From Lama glama (lineage: Eukaryota): a stretch of DNA of 64,000 nt. Shown here in pieces: positions 1-13,316 of this stretch. The translations under genes were made by a program, and so were the position numbers. Position 1 is the first letter of the stretch, and the number at the start of each line of letters is the position of its first letter. The DNA lies in contig CM052818.1 of NCBI GenBank assembly GCA_028534125.1, positions 32,490,001 through 32,554,000 of the forward strand, written 5' to 3'. The notes beneath the pieces were generated by a model that worked only from the letters and a program-made list of their open reading frames with translations, searched no databases and had not been told where the DNA came from.

Positions 1-583
1 TGGGGATGGGGGTGCCTCCGATCACCTACCCGGCAGGAGGACACAGGGCAGGGGTGATGGTGGCTTCAGAGGTATCAATTAATTCATAAGCTTTCTATCA
101 GTGAGCTGCGCTAATAACATCGCTGACCAAAACTAGTAAGTTAACTCATACCTCTGAAGCCAGCTCCCCACTAGCCCTGTGTTCTCCTCGGGGCTGTGCT
201 GTGGGAGGCAGCTTCCCACCAGCTGCCTGGAGTATTCGCCAAGCGCCTGTGTTCAGTTAGCCATGGTGTGAGGCCATGGAGGACCCCCTTGAGGGAGACA
301 CCGGCCTGCTCTCAGTTCTCCCATTTTGCATCTAGTGTTCCTGTGGATCATCAGGAACATCAGCACTCATAAGGTTGGGGTAATGTTATTCATTGTGAGT
401 TATAATGAACAAAACCCATCAGGGAAATCAAACCATCTGCTAGTGGGTATTTTAGTCATTGCATAGGTCTTTTCTTTCCCGCCTCCAGTGGGCTCTTTTG
501 TCTTCTATCAAATGACACTCAGGTTGCTAACTAAATGATCCGTGTCCCTGCTCTCCTTCTGAATCACGAGAGCCCCTCATTAA

Positions 584-799
<216 letters not shown>

Positions 800-929
800 T
801 GAGTCTTTCTGCTGCCTCCTCCTGGTCTCACTATGGGCCTTATGGTAGAGCTCATGGGCCAAATGATACCACACCCACGTGGGGAAGGTAAGAGGAGAAT
901 CAGCATCTCTCTACCAGCGGGGCTCGCAG

Positions 930-1116
930 ACATGGGCATCTATCAACAGAGCATCAGGGTCATCAGAGAGGCTTGGTAGAACACAGGCAAAACACTGGAC
1001 CCCGCCCTGACAGCTTAGGATTCAGAAGGTCTGGGGTGGCTGAGAAGTTGCATTTCTAACAAGTTCCCAGGTGGTGCTGATGCTGCCAGCTGGGGGACCA
1101 CTCGTTGAAAGCCACA
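930..1116. mobile_element. MER5A-like hAT-Charlie DNA transposon fossil
   Basis: Characteristic ttgcatttctaacaagttcccaggtggtgctgatgctg...ggaccac motif. Confidence 0.7.
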
Positions 1117-1299
1117 CGTAATATTGTAATATAATAATGAAGTTGGGTTTATACCAGGAATGCAGTGTTAAGATTAGAAAAATGGATCAATGAAATTCTC
1201 CACATTGACAGAATAAAGGAGAAAAGGAAATAATTGTCAGCACAAAAGTGCTGCAGGTGACTGGTGAGACCCCTTCTGCAGCTGAAAATAAGTTTGGAA

Positions 1300-1547
1300 A
1301 ACACTTCCTGTACATTAGCTCTCCAGAACTTACTCCTCCTGCGTAGCTGAGAGTTCATACTCCTTGACCAGCTTCTCCCCATTTCGCCTTCCTCCTAGCC
1401 CCCGGCAACCACTGTTCCACTCTCTGCTTCTATGATTCCACTTGTAAGTGAGGTCATGTGGTATTTGTCTTTCTGAGTCTCACTTATTTCCCTTAACAGA
1501 CTGTCCTGTGGGTTCATCTATATTGTTGCAAATGGAAAATTTCCTAC
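1300..1547 (-). mobile_element. Old L1MA-type 3' end, interrupted by the younger L1; resumes at about 7615-7870
   Basis: ggcaaccactgttccactctctgcttctatg...gtatttgtctttctg...tgttgcaaatgg continues after the insertion as aaggctgaataatattcca...ttttgaggaatctcca. Confidence 0.75.
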
Positions 1548-4500
1548 TTTTTTTTTTTAATCTTTAAATATCCACATTTCTTTTCTTTTTAAACAAAATT
1601 TATTCTAGGAAGAGCAACTCATTGAGAGATAAAATCATTTAAAAATTTACACATATATACTGTTTACTGTTTCAAAGAAGAGTTTAGAGCTTTAGCTTTT
1701 TAAACTTACATAGTTACCAAAGGAATAAAGCCAACCACAAAATAATCAACAGAATGCAGTAATCCAATCATAAAGGACAGTCAAATGAGCTAACACATAT
1801 TCAAGAAGTCAATCATCTAAGTTATAAATAGGTAGCTCATTTGTGTCTTCGATATCATATGGCATTTTTCTTTCTGCCTTACTTCACCTAGGATGATGAT
1901 CTCCGGGTCCATACGTGTTGCTGCAAATGGCATTATTTTATTCCTTTTTTGTGGCTCAGTAGTATTCCTGTGTGTGTGTGTGTGTACACACGTGTACGCA
2001 CATATACAAGCCATATCTTCTTTATCCAGTCTTCTGTTGATGGACATTTGGGTTGTTTCCATTTCTTGGCTATTGTACTTAGTGCTGCTGTGAACACTGG
2101 GGTGCATGTATCTTTTTGAATTATATTTTTCTCTGGGTATATGCCGAGGAGTGGGATTGCCAGATCATATGGTAAGTTTATTTTTAGTTTTCTAAGGAAC
2201 CTCCATACTGTCCTCCATAGTGGCTGCACCAATTTACATTCCCACCAACAGTGTAGGAGAGTTGCTTTTTCTCCACCCCTTCTCCAGCATTTATTAATTG
2301 TAAACTTTTTAATGATGCACATTCTGACTGGTATGAAGTGATATCTCATTGTAGTTTTGATTTGCATCTCTCTAACAATTAGCGATGTTGAGCATCTTTT
2401 CATGTGCTTGTTGGCCATCTGTCTGTCTTCAGAGAAATGTCTGTTTAGGTCTTCTACCCATTTTTGTTGGGTTGCTTTTTTTTTGTTAATAAGGTGTATG
2501 AGCTGTTTGTGTATTTTGGAAATTAGTCCCTTGTCTTTTGCATCATTTGCAAGTATTTTCTCCCATTCTGTAGGTTGTCTTTTCATTTTGTTGATGGTAT
2601 CCTTAGCTGCGCAGAAGCTTTTAAGTTTAATTTGATCGTATTTGTTTATTTTTGCTTTCATTTCCAATACTCCAGGAGCTGGTTGAAAAAACATATTGCT
2701 GTGATTTATGTCCAAGAGTGTTCTGCCTAAGTTTTCCTCTAGGAGTTTTATAGTATCTGGTCTTACATTTAGGTCTTTAATCCATTTTGAGTTTATTTTT
2801 CTACATAGTGTTAGAGAATGTTCTAATTTTAGTCTTTTACAGGTAGCTGTCCAGTTTTCCCAGCACTACTTGTTGAAGAGACTGTCTTTTCTCTGTTGTA
2901 TAGTCTTGCCTCCTTTGTTGTAGACTAACTGACCATAAGTGCATGGGTTTATTTCTGGACTTTCTATACTGTTCCATTGATTTATGTGTCTGTTTTTGTG
3001 CCAGTACCATACTGTTTGATTACTGTAGCTTTGTAGTATAGTCTGAAGTCAGGGAGCTTGATTCTCCCAGCTCCATTCTTTTTCAAGATTGTTTTGGCTA
3101 TTCGAGGTTCTAGTGTTTCCATACAAATTTTTAACATTCTTTTTTGTTCCAGCTCTGTGAAGAATGTCATTGGTAATTTGATAGGGATTGCATTGAATTT
3201 GTATGTTGCCTTTTATGGGCAGTATGGCCATTTTAACAATATTGATTCTTCCAATCCAAGAACAGTATATCTTTCCATTTGTTTATGTCATCTTCAGTTT
3301 CTTTCATCAGTGTCTTATAGTTTTCGGAGTACAGGTCTTTTGCTTCCTTGGGTAGGTTTATTCCTGGGTATTTTATTCTTTTTGGTGTGATGGTAAATGG
3401 TATTGTTTCCTTAATTTCTTTTTCAGCTGTTTCATTGTTTGTGTATAGAAATACAACTGATTTCTGTATATTAATTTTGTACCTGAAACTTTACCAAGTT
3501 CATTGATGAATTCTAGTAGTTTTCTGGTTTCTATGTGTAGTATCATGTCATCTGCAAACAGTGACAGTTTTAATTCTTTGTTTCCAATTTTGATTCCTTT
3601 TAATTTTCTTCTCTGTTTATTATGGCTAGGACTTCCAAAACTATGTTGAATAAAAGTGGTGAGAATGGGCATCCTTATCTTGTTCCTGATCTTAGAGGAA
3701 GTGCTTTCAGCTTTTCCCCATTAAGTATGATGTTAGCTGTGGGTTTGTCATATATGGCCTTTATTATATTGAGGTGTGTTCCATCTGTGCCCACTTTCTG
3801 GAGAGTTTTTATCATAAATGGATGTTGAATTTTATTAAAAGCTTTTTCTGCATCTATTGAGATGATCATATGTTTTTTTATTCAATTTGTTAATGTGGTG
3901 TATCACACTGATTGATTTGCAGATATTGAGAAATCATTGTGCAACCCTGGTGTAAATCCCACGTGATCATAGTGTATTTTACTGCATTGTTGGAGTCGAT
4001 TTGCTAGTATTTTGTTGAGGATTTTTGCATCTATATCCTTAAGTTATATTGGCCTGTAGTTTTCTTTTTTTGTGATATCTTTTTCTGGTTTTGGTATCAG
4101 GGTGATGATGGCCTCATAGAATGAGTCTGGAAGTGTTCCTTCCTTGGCAATATTTGGAATATTTTCAGGATAGGTGTCAAATCTTCTCTAATGCTTGGTA
4201 GATTCACTTGTGAAGCCTTCTGGTCCTGGGCTTTTGTTTGTTGGGAGTTTTTAAATTATTGTTTCAATTTCAGTACTAGTAATTGGTCTGTTCATATTGT
4301 CTATTTCTTTCTGGTTCAGTCTTGGCAAATTGTATCTTCCTAAGAAATTGTCCATTTCTTCTATGTTGTCCTTTTTGTTGGTGTATAGTTGCTCATAGTA
4401 GCCTCTTATGATCCCTTGTATTTCTGTGGTGTCATTTATAATTTCTTTTTCATTTCTGATTTTATTAATTTGGGCCCTCTCCCATTTTTTCTTGATGAGT

Positions 4501-7500
4501 CTGACTAAAAGTTTATCAGACTCAATTTTGTTTATCTTTTCAAAGAACCAGCTTTTAGTTTCATTGATCTTTTCTATTGTTTCTTTAGTCTCTTATTTAT
4601 TTCTGCACTGATCTTTATGATTTCTTTCCTTCTGCTAACTTTGCATTTTGTTTGTTCGTCTTTCTCTAGCTGCTTTGGATGTGAGGTTAGGTTGTTTACT
4701 TGAATTTTTTCTTGTTTCCTGAGGTAGGCTTGTACTGCTGTAAACTTCCCTCTTAGGGCTGCTTTTGCTGTGTCCCAGAGATTTTGGATCATTGTGTTTT
4801 TGTTTTTTGTCTCAAAGGATTTTTTTATTTCCTCTTTAATTTCTTCAGCGATCCATTGGTTGTTTAGTAGCGTGTTGCTTAGCCCCCATGTGCTTGCAGT
4901 TTTTAGTTTTTTTCTTGTAGTTGATTTCTAACCTTATAGTGTTGTGGTCAGAAAAGATGCTTGCTACAATGTCAATTTTCTTAAATTTACTGAGGCTAGC
5001 TTTGTGGGCCAGCATGTGGTCTATTCTGGAGAATGTTCCATGTACACTTGAGAAGAATGTGTGTTCTGTTGCTTTTGGATGGAATGCTTCACAGATAGCA
5101 ATTAAGTCCATCTGGTCTAATATGTTATTTAGGGCCTGTATTTCCATATTTCGTCTGGATGATCTGTTTATTGATGTAAGTGGTGTGTTAAGCTCCCCCA
5201 TTTTATTGTGTTATTGTGGATTTCTCCTTTTATGTCTGTTAACAATTGCCTTATATACTGAGGTGCTCCTATGTTGGGTGCATATATATTTATAATAGTT
5301 ATATCCTCTTCTTGGATTGATCCCTTACGCATTATGTAGTGTCGTTTGTCTCTTGTAGAGTCTTTATTTTGAAATCTGTTTTGTCTGATGTAAGTATTGC
5401 TACTCCAGCTTCCTTTTGGTTTCTGATTGCCTGGAATGTCTTTTTCCATCCCTTTACTTTTCAGCCTGCATATGTCTGTAGTGGGTCTCTTGTAGACAGC
5501 ATATATATGGGTCTTATTTTTGTATCCATTCAGCCAGTCTGTGTCTTTTGGTTGGAGCATTTAATCCATTTACATTTAAGGTTATTAGTGATATGTATGT
5601 TCTTATTGCCATTCTGTTAATTGTTTGGGGTTTGTTTTTGTAGGTTTTTTTAAAATCTTTTTTTTGTTGTTGTTCTTTTTTCTTGTGCTTTGATGACTAA
5701 AGAAGTTCCTTTAACTTTTTTAAACCTGGTTGGTGGTGCTGAAATCTTTTAGCTTTTGTTTATCAGTGAAGCTTTTGATTTCTCTGTCAAATCTGAATGA
5801 GAGCCTTGCTGGATAGAGGATTCTTGGTTGTAGGTTTTTCCCTTTCATCACTTTAAATATATCATGCCACACCCTTCTGGCCTATAGAGTCTGCTGAAAA
5901 ATCAGCTGATAACCTTATGGGAGTTCCCTTATATGTTATTTGTTCCTTTTCTCTTGCTGATTTTAATATTTTCTCCTTATCCTTTATTTTTCTCAGTTTG
6001 ATTACTATCTGCCTCAGTGTGTTCCTTCTTGGGTTGATTCTATGTGGAACTCTGCGCTTCCTGGACTTGGGTGACTGTTTCCTTTCCCAAATTAGAGAAG
6101 TTTTCAGTTATTATCTCTTCAAAGTTTTTCTCAGGTCCTTTCCCTCTTCTTTCTGGGACTCACTTATTAGTGCACTTCACGTTATCCCAGAGTTCTTTTA
6201 AACTACCCTCATTTCTTTTCATTCTTTTTTCTGTTCTACAGTAGTGATTTCCACTAATCTGTCTTCTAGCTTATTAATCCATTCTTCTGTATCATTTAGT
6301 CTGTTCTTGGTTCCTTCTAGTGTGTTATTCATTTCACTGATTTTATTCTTCAACTCAGTTTGGGTATTCTTTATATTTTCCAACTCTTTGCTAAAAACTT
6401 TTACTCTGTGCATCTATACTCCTCTTGAGTTCTCTGAACGTCTTCTCTATCATTACTCTAAACTCTTTCTTAGATAAATTGCCTGTCTCCTCATCGCTTA
6501 TTTCTTCCTCCAGGATTTTTATCTTGTGCCTTAGCCTGGAAGATATTCCTCTACCACCTCATACTGTCTGTCTTTCTATTTGTATTTTTAGGTAGTTTAG
6601 TTACGTTTCTCGACCTTGGGGAGGTGGCCCTCTGTGGGAGACATCCTGTGCATCCCAGCAGTGCACTCCTCTCTTGTCACCCAAGGGCCAGGGTCCAGCC
6701 CGTCCCAGTGTGGAGTCTGGCCTGTGTTTGTGGATTCTTCCCACAGGTTTTGGGATTGTTTTCTTATTTCTGGTATCTGCCCCCTGGTGGATAAGGCTGG
6801 ACTAGAGACTTATGCAGGTTTCCTGGCAGGAGGAGCCAGTGCCTGCCCACTGCTGGGTGAAGCTTGGTCCTGGACCTCTGGTGGTATCTAGAGGCATTTG
6901 TGGCTCAGGAAGTCTGCTGATGGGTGGGGCTGTGTTCCTACCCAGTATGTTGTTTGGCCTGAGGCTTCCCAGCCCTTAAGCCTACAGGCTGTTGGGTATT
7001 GGTGCTAATGATGCAATCAAGATGTCAGGAAAGCTCATGTAGGTAAACATTCCCAGAATGTCCACCACCAGCTTTTATGTCCCCTGGGTAAGCCACAGCT
7101 GCCCCCTACCTCCCCAGGAGATCCTCCAAAACCAGCAGGCAGATCTGGCCCAGGTTCCTATGAAGGACATGAGATTCTGTGAATGCTTCTCAAGAGAATG
7201 AAGCCTCTGTTTCCCCCAGTCCCATGGGGCTCCTGGAGTTACACCCCACTGGCCTTCAAAACCAGATGTCCTGGGGCCCCTCCTCCCAATGCTGGAACCC
7301 CGGGCTGGGGAGCCTGATGTGGGGCTCAGAACTCTCACTCCCGTGGAAGGGCCTCTGCGACTTAACTATTCTTCAGCTTCTGGGTCACCCATCACCGGGG
7401 GGTATGGGGCCTGATTATATTGGAAGCACACCCCTCCTACCGTCCTGCTGTGGTTGGTTCCCTCTTTATGTTTCCAGTTGAAGATCTTTTTTAGGTTCCA

Positions 7501-7614
7501 GTCTTTTTTTTTTTTTTTTCCAATTGTTGTTTAGCAGTCAGTTGTGGTTTTGTTATAGTCACAAGGAGAGGTGAGCTTGTGGTCCTACTACTCTGCCATC
7601 TTGACCAGAAATCC
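1548..7614 (-). mobile_element. Near full-length (about 6 kb) LINE-1, antisense in ALK intron 26; ORF1 and ORF2 broken by stops and frameshifts
   Basis: T11 tail at 1548-1558. ORF2 fragments: endonuclease 4845-5560, RT 3373-3869 ([17 protein letters not shown]), C-terminus 1933-2715 ([13 protein letters not shown]). ORF1 coiled-coil 6219-6413. 5' UTR ends with YY1-type CAAGATGGC (7595-7603). Confidence 0.95.
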
Positions 7615-8527
7615 TCATGTCCTTCTGCTATAAGGCTGAATAATATTCCACTATATATACACATGCCACATTTTGTTTATCCTTTTATCCATCAGTGGAT
7701 ATTCAGGTTCTTTCCATATCTCTGCCATTGTGAATAATGCTGCAGTGCACCTGGGAGTGCAGATCCCTCCTGAAGACACTGATTTTATTTCCCTGGATGT
7801 ATACCCAGAAGTAAGATTGCTAGATCTGAAGGTAGTTCTAGTTTTCATTTTTTGAGGAATCTCCATTGTATTTACATAATTCCTATAAGAACAACACATA
7901 ATATTTTAAATGGCAGATTGAACCCATGCTCCCTTCCAGAATACACACACACACGCACATGTGCGCACACACACATAAAAGGGAGTCTTAGTTGCATAAA
8001 AATGCACAAGGATAAAGATAACAAGAATGACAAAATTTGGGAAACTGGAAGGTTTATGGGCAAGTGGCCCCTTACTTAGGAGACTAGAAAGTTGGCATCT
8101 AGGTCCAGAAGCAGCCTGGTTCACTCTGCCTGATCAGGAGACCCAGAAAGGCCTGGGCATTGCAGGCACCTCTGAAAGCAGACGTGCAATAGGGAGGAAA
8201 TGAGTTACAGATCTGTTTAAAAAGTGACTAATCCATCTTCGGGCCCATTCCCTTACCCCTCTCCCTTCCCTACCAACACACAAGACTAGGGATTCCCTCT
8301 CTGAAGAGGTTGAACTAAAGTCTTTTGGTCTCGGGGACATTAGACATCACCGAAGGTGAATTCTCTGCTCTAAGCAGGGCTGTATATTTTTTGAAATCTA
8401 CCTGCTTAAAGGTGTATGCCTTCTCCCCCCACTCAGTGCCAAGAACATGGCAGCTAGGCGGGAGGGGATCAGAAGCTTCCTCATTAGAGGGGCTGAGCAA
8501 TAAAGAGAACAATTTCAGATGCCACAA

Positions 8528-8938
8528 GTGTTAGTTGGCTGAGTAATGGTCGTCCACAGGTGTCAGGCCCCAATCCCAGAAACCTGTCATTCTTCCCTTG
8601 TAAGGAAAGTCTTTGCAGATGTGACAAAATTGGGGATCTGGAGGTGGGACAGTTACCCTGCCTTATCAGGTGGGCCCCAAATGCCATCACAGGTGTCCTC
8701 ATGAGAGGCAGAGGTTGAAGAGATGTGGCCACAGCCAAGAACTTCCAGAAGCCAGAACAGGCCAGGAACGGTTCTCCCGGAGCCTCTGGAGGGAGTGCGG
8801 CCCTGCCAACACCTTGCTTTCAGCCCACGATATTGACTTCAGACCTCTGGCCCCCAGAACTGTGAGAGAATGAACTTTGGTTGTTTTAAGCCACCAAGTT
8901 TGTGGTAAATTGTCACGGCAGCCGCGGGAAACTAATAC
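8528..8938 (+). mobile_element. MaLR (MLT1-type) solo LTR
   Basis: ctttgcagatgtg...gggcccc aaatgccatcacaggtgtcctc...cagaactgtgagagaat...ttttaagccaccaagtttgtggta...gaaactaataca. Confidence 0.85.
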
Positions 8939-9359
8939 ACCACGTGAAACAAGCCAGTCGCCCACCAGTTGACAAGCCTCATCTACGTAGAGCTTCCCAT
9001 CAGCTCTTTCACGTCCCGGGCTTCAAATGTGAACAGACAGCTGAGAATCAGACGTGTGAGAAAAGATTCTAATCGGAAGGAAACAAACATATAAAAAGAA
9101 ACCTGGAGGAAGAAGAATGCAGAAAACTAGGAAAGCATTTAAAAATGATATCCTCAGAAACTTGAATTATTGCAACCACAATCTACGGACAAAAGATCAT
9201 TTTAATCTGTTTTTAGAGAAAGAAGTTCCTGGCTATAAGAGGACGATAGAGCCCTCGAGGTTTGGAGCATTAGTTCCCCGAAGCCCGTGCGGGCTGCGCA
9301 CAGCGCGTCCTCTTACAGAGCAGGGAGGGGAAAGCAGGGGCGAGAAAGAAACTTGGCAA

Positions 9360-9885
9360 ACACTGCCTCCGCCCGGCGCTCAAGGTCAGCGTCAACAGTA
9401 TAGATCATGTTGACAGCGTGTCCTTGATACAATATGATGAAATGGCAGTTAACCTCTGTGGTTTTCCTCCCAAACCCAGTAACTCCAGTCTAATCGTAAG
9501 AAAAACAGACATACCCCAGTTTTGACATTCTACAAAATCCCTCACCGGTGCTCCTCAGAACTGTCACGGTCATCAAAAATGAGGGAAGTCTGAAGTTGCC
9601 AAAGTCAAGAGTAGCCTAAGGAAACAAGACAACTAAATATAACATGATATTCTAATGGGTTCCAGGAACAAAAATGGAAATTCAGCAAAAACTAAGGAAA
9701 TGTGAGCAAAACTATGGGTTTTAGTTAATAATAATGCCTTAGTATTGGCTCATTAATTGTAAGAAATGTACCATACTAATGTAAGCTGCTAAAAATAGAG
9801 GGACCTGAGCGTGAGGTATGTGGGAACTTTCTGTGTTATCTTCATTAATTTCTTTACAATCTAAAACTGTTCCTAAGATAAATTT
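9360..9885 (+). mobile_element. L1MC-type 3' region fossil
   Basis: tcaaggtcagc...cctcccaaacc...gtcatcaaaaa...aaatgtaccatactaatgtaag...ctaaaactgttc. Confidence 0.7.
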
Positions 9886-10465
9886 TTAATATGATGATAG
9901 ATGTGTGAAAGTAATAGAAAAGTTGGAAGACAGTTCCATAAATCTTCTAGAAAATAAAACAACTATAAATAGATGGGATAGATAGGAAAGAAAGAGGGTT
10001 AGACCTTTCAGGTTAGAGCTAATTAGCTGACAAACAGAATTCCCAGAAAGAATAAGCAGAGGAAATGATGGGAATAAAAATACCAAAGAAATAATTCAAG
10101 AAGATTGCTCAGAAGGAATCTTCCAGAATGAAAGCATCCAGCAAGAGCCAAACACCGTGGATAAAAGGAGCGACACTGGAGCACATCATCATGAAATTTC
10201 AGACCAGTGGTGATCAAGATGCTGCAGGCTTCCAAGGTGACAAAGTAATAGTTAAAAAATGATCAGAGACGAGAGAGGGAATCCAGATGGAATCAAATTT
10301 CTCAACAAGCAACACAGGAAAGCAAGAAGACAAGTCTTTCAAATTCTGAAAGCCTTGCATTGAGGGGACAGCAGAGCCACAGGGACCCACGTCCCCTTCC
10401 TGACCTATGTTTGACAATGTGAGCAGGAGCCTCTGTTGGAAGCCACTGAGATTCGACTTAGCAAA

Positions 10466-10651
10466 CCCAGTGGGTCTCAGAGCGCAGTCCTTGGATTAGC
10501 ATCAGCATCCCTGGGAACCTGTTAGAAATGCAAATCCCCAGCCCCCACCTCAGGCCTGATGAAACAAACTCGAGGGGTGGGGTCCAGCAGTCTATGTTTT
10601 AATGGGCCCTCCTTCCAGGTGATCCCGTATGAACCAAAGTTAGAGCACCAC
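10466..10651. mobile_element. MER5A-like DNA transposon
   Basis: cagtgggtctca...agcatcagcatc cctgggaacctgttagaaatgcaaat...ccaggtgatc...caaagttagagcaccact. Confidence 0.8.
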
Positions 10652-11258
10652 TCACCCACCCGATCCAGATAAGAGTAATTTAGGTAATTACTGAATTGCT
10701 CAGAACACTTGCACACCCTGTGACCCAGCAATCTCAGTGTCTACACCAGCGAGAGGCTGACACACATAGACTTGCGCAGGATGTTCATTTGCAACATTAT
10801 TTACAGATAAAGAAAGAGCAGAGACAGCCTAACTATCCCCTAAGTGGGAGACAGAAAAAGAGAACTTGGTTTACTTAGATCGTGGAAAACTATTCAGCAA
10901 TATAAAAGAACATGCCAAACCTACAGGTAGCAATATGGGTAAATCTCAAAACAAGGTTTAGTGGGAAAAAGGCAAATTCCAAAATATCATTTTACAATAC
11001 AAAATTAGGTCTACAATATAGATTCCTCATGTTTCATGCTTTTACACATTGTGAAAAAAACATGAAAACATCCATGAGAGGCTACACTGTACCTTCAGCG
11101 GAGGGGAGGGAGGGAGAGGGAAGGTGGAGGGTGAGGCTTACCTCATCTATTTTACTTCTTGAAAAGGAGGAGAACTGACACAAATAAGGCAAATTATTAA
11201 CATCTAGAGTAACAGGTATCTATTCGATTACTTTTCCTTTTTAAAGTTTGGATTATTT

Positions 11259-11845
11259 TGTTACTGGGAGGAGGGAAATAAGAATTACCTCAGTTCTTAG
11301 TCACCTGAAAAAAAAATTTTTAATGAGAGATAGAAAGTGTGATATAAACAAGATTTTATTAGTAAAGTAAAAAGGTAGTAAAATACAGCACACCTCCGAG
11401 AACTGGGAGAGGGCCAATCCAAGAGGAAAAGTGCTGCTCCTTTGTTTTTCCTGTTTTTATATCCTGGCTTAGGGGCATTTTCATGATTGATTGATTCACG
11501 GCTCAGGTTCTTTGCTCAGGCTGATTGACAGCTCACATTCCTTGTGCTCAGACACGCCCATTCCTTTTGTGCGGGTTCTTACCCATGAAGCTCACAGAAA
11601 CCTATGGGAAGGGGCTCAAACTGCAATGTTAATTACATTATAATGAGCATTGGGTCAAATTAAGCCGGGTCCTTCTGTCTGTTGTGCAGCTGCAGTGTTC
11701 GAGCCTAGCTGACTTCTTTGCTGGCCCTCATTTAGAGAAAGTAAGTTTTTGGAGCCCCTTATCCTGAGTGCAGGCATACTACAGGGTTGTTCCTTTTCTT
11801 TCCTCTCCCACTCCCCAGTGCTCATTTCTATCTAACTGCCTAACA
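11259..11845 (-). mobile_element. ERV1-type solo LTR (587 bp), antisense to ALK
   Basis: Termini TGTTA...TAACA. 4-bp TSD ATTT at 11255-58 and 11846-49. Minus-strand TATAAAAA at 11454-61 and AATAAA at 11355-60. Confidence 0.85.
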
Positions 11846-11879
11846 ATTTCGTAATTAAAGTTCTTAAAGAAACAAATTA

Positions 11880-12700
11880 CACAACTTCAAATACTGGTAA
11901 GTGCTTTGGAGACAAAAGAGCAGAGTCAAGGGTATGGGTGATGGCAGCTGAGGAGGGAAGCTGTTTTAAGTACAGGTGGTCAGAGAAGGCTCCTTGTAGG
12001 AGGCAACATTCTGACACCTGAATGACAGAAGGGCACACCGTAGAAAGATCTGGGAGATTTCCAGGTCCAGGGAAGGTCAAGTGTAAAGAGCCAGTGGTAA
12101 GAACAAGACTAGCTTGTTTGAGGAATGAACACAAGTCTTCGTGAGCGTAGGGACCAGTGGTGATTGAGATGGAAGAGGCAGGCAGGGGCAACTGTGGAGG
12201 CCTTGGGAGCCACAAGAGGGAATGTGGATTGTATTCAGAGCACAACGAGATGCCCCTGATGGGTTGGAAGCAAGAATGTGACACAATATTTAAAAAAAAA
12301 AAAAAAAAGTCTGGCTGCCATTGAAAATAGACCAGACCAGGGGACCAGGGCAGGTGAAGATGGGAAGCCAGTTAGGAGAATATTACTCATTTCTAGATAA
12401 GAGATGGGAGGGGCAAGACTTGGTGGCAGTAGTGGAAGCCATTAATCGTGGTCAGATTCCAGCTCCGTCTGGACGTGGAGTGGGAGGCGTGAGAAAGAGC
12501 AAGGACGGCCCTAGGCTTGCGGCTTGAGCAGAGAGGTAGCTCATGGTCCCACTGAGCTGGAAAGGATGGAGGAGGAAGTGGTTTGGGTGCAGGAAGAGCT
12601 CTGACAGGACATGTCAAGTCTGAGTTGCCTTTTACATTGGGCCAATGGAGATGCTGCCTGGGCTTCTTAGACATGAATCTGAAGCTTAGAGGACTGCAAC
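11880..12700 (-). mobile_element. LINE-2 fossil
   Basis: Purine-rich L2-antisense motifs gtggtcagagaaggc, tgtttgaggaat, ggaagccagttaggag, gacatgtcaagtctgag. Confidence 0.65.
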
Positions 12701-13130
12701 AAACAGTGGAATCAGCTGGCTGTTTCAGTACAGTCCCTTTGAGTTCCCATTTTTCCTAGTAGTGCCCACCCTCTGTCATAATGGAAGACAGTCTTCCACC
12801 TTCGGGTTATGAAGAAAGGAAAATAAAAGTTAGCTTTAAAAGACAGGTAAACACAGCACAGTTCTGACTTGAAAACTTTTTCATCAGATTATCTTCATTG
12901 ATTCAAATTTTAAAAATAATCAGCAATCACTTAAGCTATTTCTCTAATTCTGGCAGAGTAGGTTTAATATCAGGAGAAACAAAGTGAGATTTTTGAAAAA
13001 GTTATTTTTATTTGATTTTGAATGCTTTGGTGCAAAGTTTTGGGCCTTGTTGCTCCTATTTAAGACAGGCTTAGCTTCTAGGTGATTAAAGAACCATCTG
13101 GCACACAAAATAGAGATTTACCTTATCCCA

Positions 13131-13316
13131 TAGGGTGCTAGATAAAATACAAAATGGCCAGTTAAAATGGGATTTCAGATGAACAGCGAATAATTTGGAG
13201 GCATGAGTAGGTCCCATGCAGTATTTTGGGATATACTAAAAAAAGTATTTCTTGCTTATCTGAAATTCAGGTATAACTGGGTGTCCTGCATGATTATCTA
13301 CTACATCTGATGTTAC
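13131..13316. mobile_element. MER53-like palindromic hAT MITE
   Basis: agataaaataca...ccagttaaaatgggatttcagatgaac...gtcccatgcagtattttggga...ttatctgaaattcaggtataactgggtgtcctg, with self-complementary arms. Confidence 0.8.

Noticed and set aside
1933..6413. L1 ORFs as a retrotransposition-competent element
   Set aside because: ORF2 survives only as fragments of 260 aa or less and ORF1 is broken.
1530..7635. Target-site duplication for the large L1
   Set aside because: Flanks (atttcctac versus atgtccttc) are only loosely similar, so no TSD is claimed.
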